Positions 42,012-51,766 of a stretch of 64,000 nt of DNA are shown in pieces; position 1 is the stretch's first letter; the number at the start of each line of letters is the position of its first letter. The stretch covers positions 192,001 to 256,000 of the forward strand of contig CAVVOB010000012.1 of the NCBI GenBank assembly GCA_963749655.1, in the 5' to 3' direction. Below the pieces are notes generated by a model. That model had not been told where the DNA came from, ran no database searches, and saw only the letters and a program-made list of their open reading frames with translations. The position numbers and the translations under genes are program-made. The DNA is from Nitrospirota bacterium (GTDB taxonomy: Bacteria > Nitrospirota > UBA9217).

Positions 42012-42902
42012 ATGGACATCAAGATATACCTCAAGAAGAAAAAAGAGCTCGTTGACAAATCACTCGAAAAGCTCGTGCCCCAGGCCAAGACCTTTCCTCC
42101 ATCGATCCATGAGGCCATGCGCTACAGCCTCTTTGCCGGCGGCAAACGCGTACGGCCCATTCTCGCGATCGCTGCCGCGGAATCGCTCGGCGCGAAGACA
42201 GCGGACCTGCTTCCCATTGCAGGGGCGCTGGAGCTGATCCATACCTACTCCCTGATCCATGACGATCTGCCTGCCATGGATGACGACGACTTCCGGCGCG
42301 GGCAGCCCACGTGCCACAAAAAATTCGGCGAAGCGATCGCGATCCTCGCCGGCGACGGGTTGTTGACCATGGCCTTCGAGACGCTGTCCGATCCCAGGCG
42401 CCTGAAGGCGGTCCCCGCAGCTAGGCTCCTGCCGATCATCCGGGAGATTGCGTTTGCATCGGGCGCTTTCGGCATGGTGGGCGGTCAGGTTGTGGACATG
42501 GAGTCGGAAGGCAGGGAGATCGATTTTCCCACACTCGAATACATTCACACCCGCAAGACCGGCGCCCTGATGCGCGCATCAGTGCGCGTCGGAGCGCTGT
42601 ATGCCAAGGCGGGCAAGCGGCAGCTGCTGGCGCTGACGCATTACGGGGAAATGGTGGGCCTGGCCTTCCAGATCGCCGACGACATCCTGGACATCACCGG
42701 CAAGCAGGAAGAGATCGGCAAGGACGTGGGCAGCGATATCAAGAAGGGCAAGAAGACCTTTCCCGCCTTTTACGGTCTGGAAGAGTCGCGCCGCAGAGCG
42801 GGCGAAGTTGCAGACAGGGCAGTCCAGGCGCTCGCCGGCTTCGGGCGCAAGGCAGACCCGCTCAGGGAACTGGCGAAATATATCGTGCAGAGAGTGAATT
42901 GA
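42012..42902 (+). CDS. ispA: Farnesyl/geranylgeranyl diphosphate synthase
   Basis: GGKRVRP, DDLPAMDDDDFRRG, KTG, FQIADDILD. Confidence 0.95.
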   Translation: MDIKIYLKKKKELVDKSLEKLVPQAKTFPPSIHEAMRYSLFAGGKRVRPILAIAAAESLGAKTADLLPIAGALELIHTYSLIHDDLPAMDDDDFRRGQPTCHKKFGEAIAILAGDGLLTMAFETLSDPRRLKAVPAARLLPIIREIAFASGAFGMVGGQVVDMESEGREIDFPTLEYIHTRKTGALMRASVRVGALYAKAGKRQLLALTHYGEMVGLAFQIADDILDITGKQEEIGKDVGSDIKKGKKTFPAFYGLEESRRRAGEVADRAVQALAGFGRKADPLRELAKYIVQRVN

Positions 42903-42906
42903 CAGC

Positions 42907-43090
42907 AGGGTCCAGGGTCCGGTAAAAACTGGGTTCAGGGTCCGGTAGCAAGGGTCTGGTAGAAACAGGGTCAAGGGTCCAGTAACGAGGGTCCGATAAA
43001 AACTGGGTCCAGGGCCCGGTGGCAAGGGTCAAGGGTGGGGTATTTCCTGGCCCCTGGACCCCGGCCCCTGACTTCCCGGCCCCTGACTTT
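42907..43090. repeat. AGGGTCC-based heptamer array with an inverted arm
   Basis: Many agggtcc/gggtcca units, then cctggcccctggaccccggcccctgac. Confidence 0.85.
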
Positions 43091-43102
43091 TGAGAGGTAA
43101 TC

Positions 43103-45025
43103 ATGATTCTCGACAAGATTCAGAACATTGACGACGTGCGGGCACTGGCCCCGGCAGAGCTTCAGCCGCTGGCCGATGACGTGCGCCAGGAGATCATCGA
43201 CACGGTGGCGAAAACAGGCGGCCATCTTGCGCCGAGCCTCGGCGTCGTGGAGCTGACCGTTGCGCTCCATTACGCCTTCAATACGCCGCAGGACCGCATC
43301 GTATGGGACGTGGGGCATCAGGCTTATGCGCACAAGATTTTGACCGGCAGACGCGCGCAGTTTCCCACTCTCAGGCAGCACGGCGGCCTGAGCGGGTTCC
43401 CGAAGCGCGACGAGAGTTCCCACGACCATTTCGACGTGGGCCACGCGAGCACCTCGATCTCGGCAGCCCTGGGCATGGTCGCGGCCCGCGACATCAGCGG
43501 CGGCGACTTCAAGGTGATCGCCGTGATCGGCGACGGCTCGATCTCGGCGGGCCTTGCCTTCGAAGGCATGAACCAGGCAGGGCACCTGAAAAAGGATCTC
43601 ATCGTCATCCTGAACGACAACGAGATGTCCATTTCGCCGAACGTGGGCGCGCTGTCGTCCTACCTCAGCAGGATGCTGACGGGCAACTTTTACACGCGCC
43701 TGCGCCAGGAGACCAAGCAGTTCCTGCAGGGCATTCCCAAGGTCGGCGAATCCATGTTCAACCTCGCGAAGAAGGCCGAAGACTCCATCAAGGGCCTGAT
43801 GTCTCCGGGGATGCTCTTCGAGGACCTCGGCTTCCAGTATGTCGGACCCATCGACGGCCACAATATCAGCCATCTGCTCGAAACCTTCCGGAACATCAAG
43901 GGCTACACCTGGCCGGTGCTGGTCCACGTGATCACCAAGAAGGGAAAGGGCTGCGAGTTCGCCGAGTGCCGTCCGTCAAAGTACCATGGAACGCCGCCCT
44001 TCGACCCTGATACGGGAAAGGTCATCACCAAGAAACAGTCCATCATGAGCTACACCGAGGTCTTCGGGAAGACCATGATCAGGCTCGCCGAAGAGAACGA
44101 GCGGGTCGTCGCGATCTCGGCGGCGATGTCCGAAGGCACGGGACTCGACCTGTTCGCCGAGCAGTTCCCCGGCCGTTTCTTCGACGTGGGCATCGCGGAA
44201 TCGCACGGCGTGACCTTTGCCTGCGGCCTCGCCGTGGAAGGGCTGCATCCCGTTGCGGCCATCTACTCGACGTTCACGCAGCGGGCCTACGACCAGATCG
44301 TCCACGACCTCTGCCTGCAGAACCTTCCCGTCACGCTGGCGCTCGACCGCGCCGGTCTCGTAGGCGAGGACGGACCCACGCACCACGGGGTGTTCGATAT
44401 CGCCTATCTCCGCCATGTGCCGAACATGGTCGTGATGGCGCCCAAAGACGAGAACGAGTTCCAGCACATGATCAAGACCGCCGTGGAGCACCCCGGGCCG
44501 ACGGCGCTGCGCTACCCGCGCGGCATCGGCTGCGGCGTGCCCATGGACCAGGAGCTGACGACGCTCCCGATCGGCAAAGCGGAGGTCATCAAGGAAGGGA
44601 GCGAAGCGGCCATCATCGCCATCGGCAACATGGTCTGTCCTTCCATCGAGGCGGCGAAACGGCTCGCCGACGAGGGAATGTCCGTCGCGGTCGTGAACGC
44701 CCGGTTCGTGAAGCCCCTGGACGAAGAGCGGATCATTGCCTTCGCGAAAAAGACCGGCAGGATCATCACGGTGGAGGAGCATGTGCTCCAGGGCGGCTTC
44801 GGCAGCGCAGTGCTCGAATGCCTCGACGCGCGGGGCATCACGGGGGTCAAGACGCTTCGCATCGGCCTTCCCGACGCCTACGTCGAACACGGCACCCAGG
44901 CGGTGCTCCGGAAAAAGTACGGCCTCGACGTGGACGGGATCTATACCTCGGTCAAAGCGTTCATCGAAAGGTCGCGGCTCAAGGTGGTGACTCCGGTGGC
45001 GGCAATACGGATGAAAGACGCGTAG
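43103..45025 (+). CDS. dxs: 1-deoxy-D-xylulose-5-phosphate synthase
   Basis: GGHLAPSLG, WDVGHQAY.HK, GDG...LNDN, DVGIAE, DRAG..G.DGPTH. Confidence 0.97.
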   Translation: MILDKIQNIDDVRALAPAELQPLADDVRQEIIDTVAKTGGHLAPSLGVVELTVALHYAFNTPQDRIVWDVGHQAYAHKILTGRRAQFPTLRQHGGLSGFPKRDESSHDHFDVGHASTSISAALGMVAARDISGGDFKVIAVIGDGSISAGLAFEGMNQAGHLKKDLIVILNDNEMSISPNVGALSSYLSRMLTGNFYTRLRQETKQFLQGIPKVGESMFNLAKKAEDSIKGLMSPGMLFEDLGFQYVGPIDGHNISHLLETFRNIKGYTWPVLVHVITKKGKGCEFAECRPSKYHGTPPFDPDTGKVITKKQSIMSYTEVFGKTMIRLAEENERVVAISAAMSEGTGLDLFAEQFPGRFFDVGIAESHGVTFACGLAVEGLHPVAAIYSTFTQRAYDQIVHDLCLQNLPVTLALDRAGLVGEDGPTHHGVFDIAYLRHVPNMVVMAPKDENEFQHMIKTAVEHPGPTALRYPRGIGCGVPMDQELTTLPIGKAEVIKEGSEAAIIAIGNMVCPSIEAAKRLADEGMSVAVVNARFVKPLDEERIIAFAKKTGRIITVEEHVLQGGFGSAVLECLDARGITGVKTLRIGLPDAYVEHGTQAVLRKKYGLDVDGIYTSVKAFIERSRLKVVTPVAAIRMKDA

Positions 45026-45103
45026 AGAAGCAATGCGGAATTCGGAATGAAAGCTGTGGTTTCAATTGCGTTGTGAATTGTGGATTAGAACACAAGGCAG
45101 TTG

Positions 45104-45185
45104 GAACCACGGATGAACACGGTTTAATAACCTTGTAATTCAATGAAAGAAGTCATCCGTGTCTATCCGTGTTAATCCGTGGTTA
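45104..45185. repeat. 10-mer periodic palindromic element, preceded by GCGGAAT heptamers at about 45032
   Basis: aaccacggatgaacacgg ... atccgtgtctatccgtgttaatccgtggtt. Confidence 0.85.
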
Positions 45186-45209
45186 AATGCTTTTTGATAC
45201 GGGCGCCGG

Positions 45210-45845
45210 TTACGGCGTCTTTTTCTTTTCTTCCTGCCTCAACTCGTATCCGTAGCCGCCGATCCTGATGTCCGTGAGCTTTCCGTTTCTGAAGGTGAGA
45301 ATGCGGACAAAGCGGTTCGGTCCGAGATTGTAGGTCCATTCTTCGATCGTTACAAGAGTTTTCTGGACCAGCCCGGTTTCCAGCCGAGCGCTTTTTTCTT
45401 CCTGCCTCGTGTCTTTCCACGTGGGCTCGCCGCACTTGGCAATCACGTCGCTCGTCCGTTCTCCGGTTGAAAGGGACTGTTCGGTGCATTCCCGCGCCGG
45501 GGTCTTCGTATTCCCGCTGTATCCGTAGCCGCCGGTCCCGATGCGGAACACCTGCCCGTTTTTCAGCGTCACGATTCGCGTAAATTTGCTCGGTCCGAAG
45601 TCGTACGTCCACTCATCAACGGTCACGTAGGTTTTATGTCTCACTCCCGGGGAAGTGAAGTCGACGATCTCCTCCTGGTGGGATTCTTTGGAGGACGGTT
45701 CACCGCACTTCATGAGAAGATCAACGCGGGAATCGCCGGCTGATATGATGCCGTTGGTGCAGTCGAGCGTTGCGGCGAACAGGGCTGTGCCGGGGAGTGC
45801 CCAGACGATCGCCACCATGGCAAATAGTATTCCCTTTTTCTTCAT
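45210..45845 (-). CDS. Secreted protein with two DUF2845 repeats
   Basis: Two copies of C....S.G.......KCGEP...EWTY..GP..F.RI.T..NG. Confidence 0.85.
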   Translation of the reverse strand: MKKKGILFAMVAIVWALPGTALFAATLDCTNGIISAGDSRVDLLMKCGEPSSKESHQEEIVDFTSPGVRHKTYVTVDEWTYDFGPSKFTRIVTLKNGQVFRIGTGGYGYSGNTKTPARECTEQSLSTGERTSDVIAKCGEPTWKDTRQEEKSARLETGLVQKTLVTIEEWTYNLGPNRFVRILTFRNGKLTDIRIGGYGYELRQEEKKKTP

Positions 45846-46074
45846 TCGGTAATCTCCGTCCTGCTGATAATTCGACCCGTACATCTGACTAAAGTTTATC
45901 GTTTGGTGGATTGGACGTCAATCGGCAATAATTCAATAATCGCCGTTCACCTTATGACTCCGTCATTCCTGCGAAGGCTGGAATCCAGAGCTTAAGATTC
46001 TACAGTATTTGCAGATTCGACGCACTTTGCAGCATAAATATTTTTGCTTTGCCTACATCAAAAAGATTGTAACG

Positions 46075-46103
46075 TTGACAGCTCCTCCGTGTTCTGATAC
46101 GCT
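46075..46103 (+). promoter_or_regulatory. Sigma-70-type promoter for tlyA
   Basis: TTGACA-17-TACGCT. Confidence 0.6.
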
Positions 46104-46132
46104 TCATGGTGAAGGATCGTTCATCCCCACCC

Positions 46133-46894
46133 ATGTCCACCAGCGATAAACAAAAACCGAAAAAGATCAGACTCGACCGGCTCCTTGCGGAGCGGGGCCT
46201 TGCGGCAAGCAGGGAGCGGGCGCAGGCGCTGATAGTAGCCGGCCAGGTGCTCGTGAACGGACAGAAGCAGGACAAGGCCGGTTCGCCTGTTGCCGGAGAC
46301 GCAGACATCCGGATCCTCGGCGAGCAACTCCCCTATGTGAGCCGCGGCGGATTGAAGCTTGAAAAGGCGCTGCAGGAATTTCGCGTGAATGTCGAAGGCA
46401 AGGTTGCCGTGGACATCGGCGCGTCGACGGGCGGGTTCACGGACTGCCTGCTCCAGCACGGTTGCGCGAAAGTCTATGCCGTCGATGTGGGCTACGGCCA
46501 GATCGCATGGAAACTCAGGCAGGACCCCCGCGTCACGGTTATTGAGCGGACCAACATCCGCACGATGGATCCGTCGCTCATTCCCGAGGCAGCGGACATC
46601 ACGGTCATCGACGTTTCCTTCATTTCCCTTGATAAAGTGATCCCCTCTGCGCTCATGTTCCTGAAGCCGGAAGGCGAGATCATCGCGCTCATCAAACCCC
46701 AGTTCGAGGTGGGCAGGGAACAGGTGGGCAAGGGCGGCATCGTGCGGGACGAGGCGGCGCGGGATGCGGCAGTCGGAAAAGTCGCCGAGTTCGCGGCCGA
46801 CCTCGGCATGGAGGTGCGGGGCATCGTCCCTTCGCCGATCACCGGTCAGGACGGAAATGTCGAGTATTTAATTCATGCGATATGCCGGCCCTAA
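46133..46894 (+). CDS. tlyA: TlyA-family rRNA 2'-O-methyltransferase
   Basis: S4 domain (RLD), YVSRGGLKL, DIGASTGGFTD, DVSFISL, LIKPQFE, GNVEY. Confidence 0.95.
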   Translation: MSTSDKQKPKKIRLDRLLAERGLAASRERAQALIVAGQVLVNGQKQDKAGSPVAGDADIRILGEQLPYVSRGGLKLEKALQEFRVNVEGKVAVDIGASTGGFTDCLLQHGCAKVYAVDVGYGQIAWKLRQDPRVTVIERTNIRTMDPSLIPEAADITVIDVSFISLDKVIPSALMFLKPEGEIIALIKPQFEVGREQVGKGGIVRDEAARDAAVGKVAEFAADLGMEVRGIVPSPITGQDGNVEYLIHAICRP

Positions 46895-47313
46895 GTCCCT
46901 CCATTCTGTAAATAGCAGATGCCTTCAAATATCTCATCGCTGTCCTTTGGCAGATGTCCTGGCCAGGCGGATATGAGCGACAGAGCAGGGGCGGCGGGGC
47001 GGCAAACGCCATATACGATCGCTGCCAGCCGGGATTATTCAAAATATGACCTGTCAGGCGTGCAGCAGCTTCGCGGACCGGTAACGGCACCGCGAAATTC
47101 GGATCATCGGTTTGTCAGAATATGTCTTACACGCGGAGGATAGAAAACCGGCAGTCGAACTCCACTATTTGACAATTCTTCATCCCTGCGGTATCGTTAA
47201 TCATCAGCACACATGGCATGCAGCAAGCGGCAAAAAACTGCATGTTCCCTCCTTTTTATCAAACGGAATGCTCTGCAAAGGTTCACTGCCTCGCTGCCTG
47301 AGGGGGATGCTTT

Positions 47314-48819
47314 ATGAACTGCTCTGTGCCAGTTTACGCTCATTCCTCCGCACTATCGCGGTTCATGAACGCCCTTCACCGTCTCGGTGAGCTCCTGGGG
47401 AGCGGCGATCAGCAAGCAACATCGCCGTTGAAGGACCGCAATTTTCTGTTCAAAACCATACTTGATTCGATCAGCGACGCGGTCCTCGTCGTTGGACTGG
47501 ATCGCCGCATCGTGTTTGCCAACCCCGCCTCATGCGTGTTCTTCGGCTACAGCATGGAAGAGCTGCATGGACAAACCACCGAAATGATCTATCCCGATCG
47601 GGAGTCTTATGAAAAGGCCGCCGAAGAACCCTGCGCATCCCTGCTGCAGGGGAAGCGCCTCCTCATGGAGTTCGCGTTCAAGCGGAGGGACGGCGGCGTT
47701 TTCGAAGCGGAAACGCTCGGCGCTGTGCTGCGTGACCTGCGCGGAGCGCCCGTCGGCTTTCTTGCCATGATCCGCGATATTACGGAGAGAAAAAGATTGG
47801 AATCGGCGCTTTGGCGGAGCGTGGAACATTACCGGGATCTCCTCTCAGCCATCGAAGCACGGCACCTTATCTATACCCATGACGCGAACGGAAACTTCAC
47901 GTACCTCAGTTCCTTGGTGGGTGCAATACTGGGGTATTCGCCGGAAGAGTTCATGACGCACTTCAGCAGGTTCATGACGGACCATCCGGCCAACGCCGAA
48001 GCCGTCAAGCGGACGGCGCTCAGCATGCGGGGAGAGCAGCAGCCTGCCTATGAAGTCCAGATCTTTCATAAGAACGGCGAGCGCCGGTGGTTCGAGGTCG
48101 TCGAAACTCCCCTCCGGGGGCCCGACGGCACCATCGTTGCAGTTCATGGCATCGGGCTCGACTGCACCGACCGTAAACGCAGCGAGGAGCTGTTGATCGA
48201 GAGCGAAACGCGCTTCAGGAACATTTTCGAGTCGGCCCCAATCGGAATGCACATGTACGAGCTCCGTGCCGACGGCAGGCTGGTCTTCATCTGCGCCAAT
48301 CCGGCCGCCGACCGGATTCTGGGTGTCGATAACAGCGCCTTTATCGGAAAGACTATTGAAGAGGCGTTTCCTCCCTTGGCGGGAACGGAGATCCCGGACC
48401 GGTATCGCGAGGCAGCGTCCGCGGGAACTTCCTGGCGTTCCGATAATGTGCAGTACGAGAACGGACTGATCCGGGGGGCCTACGAAGTCGCTGCCTTCCA
48501 GACATCGCCCGGGATCATGGTCGCGGCCTTCATGGACATCACCGAGCGGAGGAGAAGAGAGGAGGAACTCGGACGTCTGAATGCGGAATTGCGGGAAGCC
48601 TCCGAGAAGGTCCGGGTTCTCAAGGGTCTGCTGCCGATCTGTTCATACTGCAAACGGATCAGGGACGACAACGGCAATTGGGAGCAGATCGAGTGGTACA
48701 TCAAAACGCGTTCCCAGGCCGAGTTCAGTCACGGCATCTGCCCGGAGTGTATGAAGAAGAGGTTCCCTCCCGGTCCGCTCTCGATCCAGGACCACGAAGA
48801 TGACGACGATCGTTCGTGA
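47314..48819 (+). CDS. Triple-PAS protein with Cys-rich C-terminal tail
   Basis: RDITERK, DCTDRK, DITERR; LLPICSYCKRIRDD...FSHGICPEC; upstream TTGACA-17-TATCGT at about 47169. Confidence 0.85.
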   Translation: MNCSVPVYAHSSALSRFMNALHRLGELLGSGDQQATSPLKDRNFLFKTILDSISDAVLVVGLDRRIVFANPASCVFFGYSMEELHGQTTEMIYPDRESYEKAAEEPCASLLQGKRLLMEFAFKRRDGGVFEAETLGAVLRDLRGAPVGFLAMIRDITERKRLESALWRSVEHYRDLLSAIEARHLIYTHDANGNFTYLSSLVGAILGYSPEEFMTHFSRFMTDHPANAEAVKRTALSMRGEQQPAYEVQIFHKNGERRWFEVVETPLRGPDGTIVAVHGIGLDCTDRKRSEELLIESETRFRNIFESAPIGMHMYELRADGRLVFICANPAADRILGVDNSAFIGKTIEEAFPPLAGTEIPDRYREAASAGTSWRSDNVQYENGLIRGAYEVAAFQTSPGIMVAAFMDITERRRREEELGRLNAELREASEKVRVLKGLLPICSYCKRIRDDNGNWEQIEWYIKTRSQAEFSHGICPECMKKRFPPGPLSIQDHEDDDDRS

Positions 48820-48961
48820 TCAACGTGACGCTTCGCATTCTCGCGTTGTAAAGCGCAACGACCCCGTCGTTCCTGATCAACAAAAATTGGGAGCTGGAGA
48901 CGCCCGAACTCGCGGATCCCTGTCGAGATCCCGCCGTTCGGGTGCTCCGCAAGACATGTTC

Positions 48962-48990
48962 TTGACAAAAGCCCGCCAAAGTTTTACTCT
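48962..48990 (+). promoter_or_regulatory. Sigma-70-type promoter for the REC-LpxC gene
   Basis: TTGACA-17-TACTCT. Confidence 0.6.
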
Positions 48991-49032
48991 ATCTTCACTT
49001 TAGACCGTACCGCCCGTCAGGAATAATTTATT

Positions 49033-50361
49033 ATGAACCCTATCTGTATCGTAGACGACGAAGCATCCATCTGTACCACCGTTGCAGGCATCCTGAAAGA
49101 CGAAGGGTATGAGTCCGCCATCTTTCCCGATGCCGAGAGTCTGTGGCAGAAGCTCGACACCCTGGAGCCCTCGCTCGTTCTTCTGGATATCTGGCTTCCG
49201 GGCATAGACGGCATGCAGCTCCTGAAGCGGCTGCATGAACGGTTCCCCGCGGTCCCCGTCATTATGATGAGCGGTCATGCGGGCATCGATGCGGCGGTAG
49301 CGGCGATAAAAGCCGGGGCCTTCGATTTTCTGGAAAAGCCCCTGCACCTCGAGGTCCTGCTCGACAAGGTGGCGTCCGCCCTGAAACACCGGCCCGCGGG
49401 CCGGAGCGTGGAGCTGCCGTCGGATACGAGGCTCGAGATAGCCAACGCCGATCTTTCGATCCCTCCCGGCACCGTGGAAGTGATGGATTCCCGCGAGCCC
49501 CAGCGCACGCTCAGGGGAAACGTGGTCCTGAACGGCATCGGACTCCTGAGCGGCAGGAATACGGGCATCATCCTGAGCCCCCTCGGCGCCAACGAAGGGA
49601 TCGTCTTTCAGACCCTTGACGGCCAGACCATCCGCGGGCATATCACCTCGCTCGAGGATTTCGCGCGCGGCGGCCCGTCGAAGACCTTCTCGGCCAACTC
49701 CACGACGCTGGACAACGGCAGGCGGCGCGTGCGCACCGTCGAGCACCTCATGGCGGTCCTTTCCATGTACGGCATCACCAACGTGCTCATCAAGGTCAAC
49801 GACGAGATCCCGAACATCGACGGCTCGGCCAAGGACTTCTGCGACCTCATCGAGGAAGCGGGGATCGAAGAGCAGTCCGGCTTCACCAAAGTCGCCGTCA
49901 TCCGCCGGAAGATCGGCGTGGGAAACGAGGCCAGGCATGAAAAGCATCTCTTTGCCGAGCCTTACGAGGGGTTCGAGGTATCGATGCGGGTGGATTACCC
50001 TGCGCCCATAGGCGAACAGACGCTCTCGTTCAATCCTGAACAGGGGTCTTTTGTAAAGGATATCGCCCCCGCCCGCTCTTTCAATACGTTCGAGAACATC
50101 GAAATGGCGCAGAAGCTGGGCAAGGTCGGCGGCGGGTATCTCCATTCCCACATCATCATGTACGAAGGCAAGGTCATCAACACCGAGCTCCGGTATCCCG
50201 ACGAATTCGTACGCCATAAGATACTGGACCTGATCGGCGACCTCTACCTCCTCGGCCTGCCCATCCGGGGACGCATCACCGCCAACATGACCTCCCACGG
50301 CTTCAACCAGGCCCTGGTGCAGCGCCTGTACCAGGCCATCCAGAACAATTCCGGAAGATGA
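49033..50361 (+). CDS. lpxC: Response-regulator receiver fused to UDP-3-O-acyl-GlcNAc deacetylase
   Basis: REC: IVDDE, LLDIWLP, MSGH, FLEKP. LpxC: QRTL, TVEHL, DGSA, APARSF, RHKILDLIGD, SH. Confidence 0.9.
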   Translation: MNPICIVDDEASICTTVAGILKDEGYESAIFPDAESLWQKLDTLEPSLVLLDIWLPGIDGMQLLKRLHERFPAVPVIMMSGHAGIDAAVAAIKAGAFDFLEKPLHLEVLLDKVASALKHRPAGRSVELPSDTRLEIANADLSIPPGTVEVMDSREPQRTLRGNVVLNGIGLLSGRNTGIILSPLGANEGIVFQTLDGQTIRGHITSLEDFARGGPSKTFSANSTTLDNGRRRVRTVEHLMAVLSMYGITNVLIKVNDEIPNIDGSAKDFCDLIEEAGIEEQSGFTKVAVIRRKIGVGNEARHEKHLFAEPYEGFEVSMRVDYPAPIGEQTLSFNPEQGSFVKDIAPARSFNTFENIEMAQKLGKVGGGYLHSHIIMYEGKVINTELRYPDEFVRHKILDLIGDLYLLGLPIRGRITANMTSHGFNQALVQRLYQAIQNNSGR

Positions 50362-50415
50362 AGCACGGTGTGCGCCGGACAGGCTACCCGGTCCCTTCGC
50401 TCAAGCATTGATCCC

Positions 50416-50616
50416 TTATGATTTCCCGGCCCACCGCTTTTTCCCCCGTCCTGGTCCTGTCTTTCCCGCATCCCCCGCAGCGTTCAGTATCTGCCAGAGT
50501 TCATCGAGGTTGGAGAAAGCACGCTTCCCGTCCACGCCCACTTTTTCCACGAGGCCGACGAGCATGCGGGGATCGTCCTTCTCCCTCCGGTAAATGCGTA
50601 CGATGTAGTTGTCCAT
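50416..50616 (-). CDS. Small hypothetical protein (YIVRIYR...GLVE.VG...F.NLDELW)
   Basis: Compact ORF at the end of a minus-strand gene run. Confidence 0.6.
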   Translation of the reverse strand: MDNYIVRIYRREKDDPRMLVGLVEKVGVDGKRAFSNLDELWQILNAAGDAGKTGPGRGKKRWAGKS

Positions 50617-50652
50617 GGGCTGCCGCCATTCTGCTCTGCTGCAATGCAACCT

Positions 50653-51075
50653 TTATTTTTGTGCTGCACGTTCCACGGCATCAAGGTACTGGTTGATGGC
50701 CTTCCTGGTGACGTTGGCGACGATCCAGCCGGTGCCGGGAATTTTCGGCGTGAACTCGACGTTCCACCGGACTTCCGTTGATGAGCCATTCGACGCAAAC
50801 TCAGCTCTTGCATGATGGTCCTTCATGGGCGCGCCGGAAAGGATCCGGTAGGTGAACGATTTGCCGGCCGGGTCCACGGACTCGAGCTTTTCGCGTACGC
50901 GTACTTTGCCGATGGTAATCGTACGGATGGCGCCGGTTCCGTGGGAATGGGCATCGCCCCTGTCTTCAACATCGACGGTAATTCCGCCTCCCGGAGAGGC
51001 TGTAAAATCTGCGGCTATGCTCCAGACGGTACTGACCGGCGCATCGACTTTCCTGGTCATCGTGAATGTTTTCAT
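50653..51075 (-). CDS. SRPBCC/START-family protein
   Basis: AGGAG RBS; V.APV..VW...ADF, GAIRTI, VREKL, FTYRI. Confidence 0.85.
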   Translation of the reverse strand: MKTFTMTRKVDAPVSTVWSIAADFTASPGGGITVDVEDRGDAHSHGTGAIRTITIGKVRVREKLESVDPAGKSFTYRILSGAPMKDHHARAEFASNGSSTEVRWNVEFTPKIPGTGWIVANVTRKAINQYLDAVERAAQK

Positions 51076-51110
51076 AAATGCTCCTTGCCCTTTTTTCTCC
51101 AATCCGTTAT

Positions 51111-51515
51111 TTATTGAAGAATCTCCTTCGCTCCCTGCCTGGCCCAGAGCAGAAGGACGAAAAGCGAAATGTTGATGAAGCACGGCGTCATGTGGAACCA
51201 GAGGGCGGAGGTTGAGTTGTCGAAGATCTTCGAATACCCGATCCCGAGCCCCACGAGCAATGCCGACGTTATTGCTATCGTCATAAAGACATTTTGCCCT
51301 GCAGGATTGCGATAGACCTGGAGCGCGCCGATTGCCAGCGCAAGCAGCGGCCCGCCTGCCCAGCGGATCCAGCTCAAGCCCAGCGGATCCGGACTCCCGG
51401 ACATCGCGAATACCACCGCGGGTAGAAAGAGGAACAAGATGCCGTAAAACAAATGAGTGAGGATGTAGATGACCAGTACGCCTTTCAATTTGCTGATTCC
51501 CTTGTCCTGTGACAT
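51111..51515 (-). CDS. Four-TM membrane protein
   Basis: AGGAGG RBS, hydrophobic helices. Confidence 0.75.
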   Translation of the reverse strand: MSQDKGISKLKGVLVIYILTHLFYGILFLFLPAVVFAMSGSPDPLGLSWIRWAGGPLLALAIGALQVYRNPAGQNVFMTIAITSALLVGLGIGYSKIFDNSTSALWFHMTPCFINISLFVLLLWARQGAKEILQ

Positions 51516-51766
51516 GGTAAAGCCTCCTTTGTGTGATGTAGTTGCATCCGTCTTTTGCTTGTGCGGTCAGACTACCACGCAGGAGGTTACGGATCGGATA
51601 CTTATGGGGGGAAATATTGCCTTGAAAAGGGGGGCCTCCGGCGGGAACCGGGGGTCGCAGGATCGTTGGATCCGAATTCAGGAAGACGCCGCATCTTGCG
51701 GATTGCCGTATCGGGTTGCCGGGTCTCCGCGCGGCCGGATGGACGAAGACGGGAAGAGAATGCGGA

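Noticed and set aside
47214-47229. Sigma-54 promoter TGGCATGCAGCAAGC
   Set aside because: Spacing is right but the TTGC is absent, and a good sigma-70 promoter lies just upstream; too weak to call.
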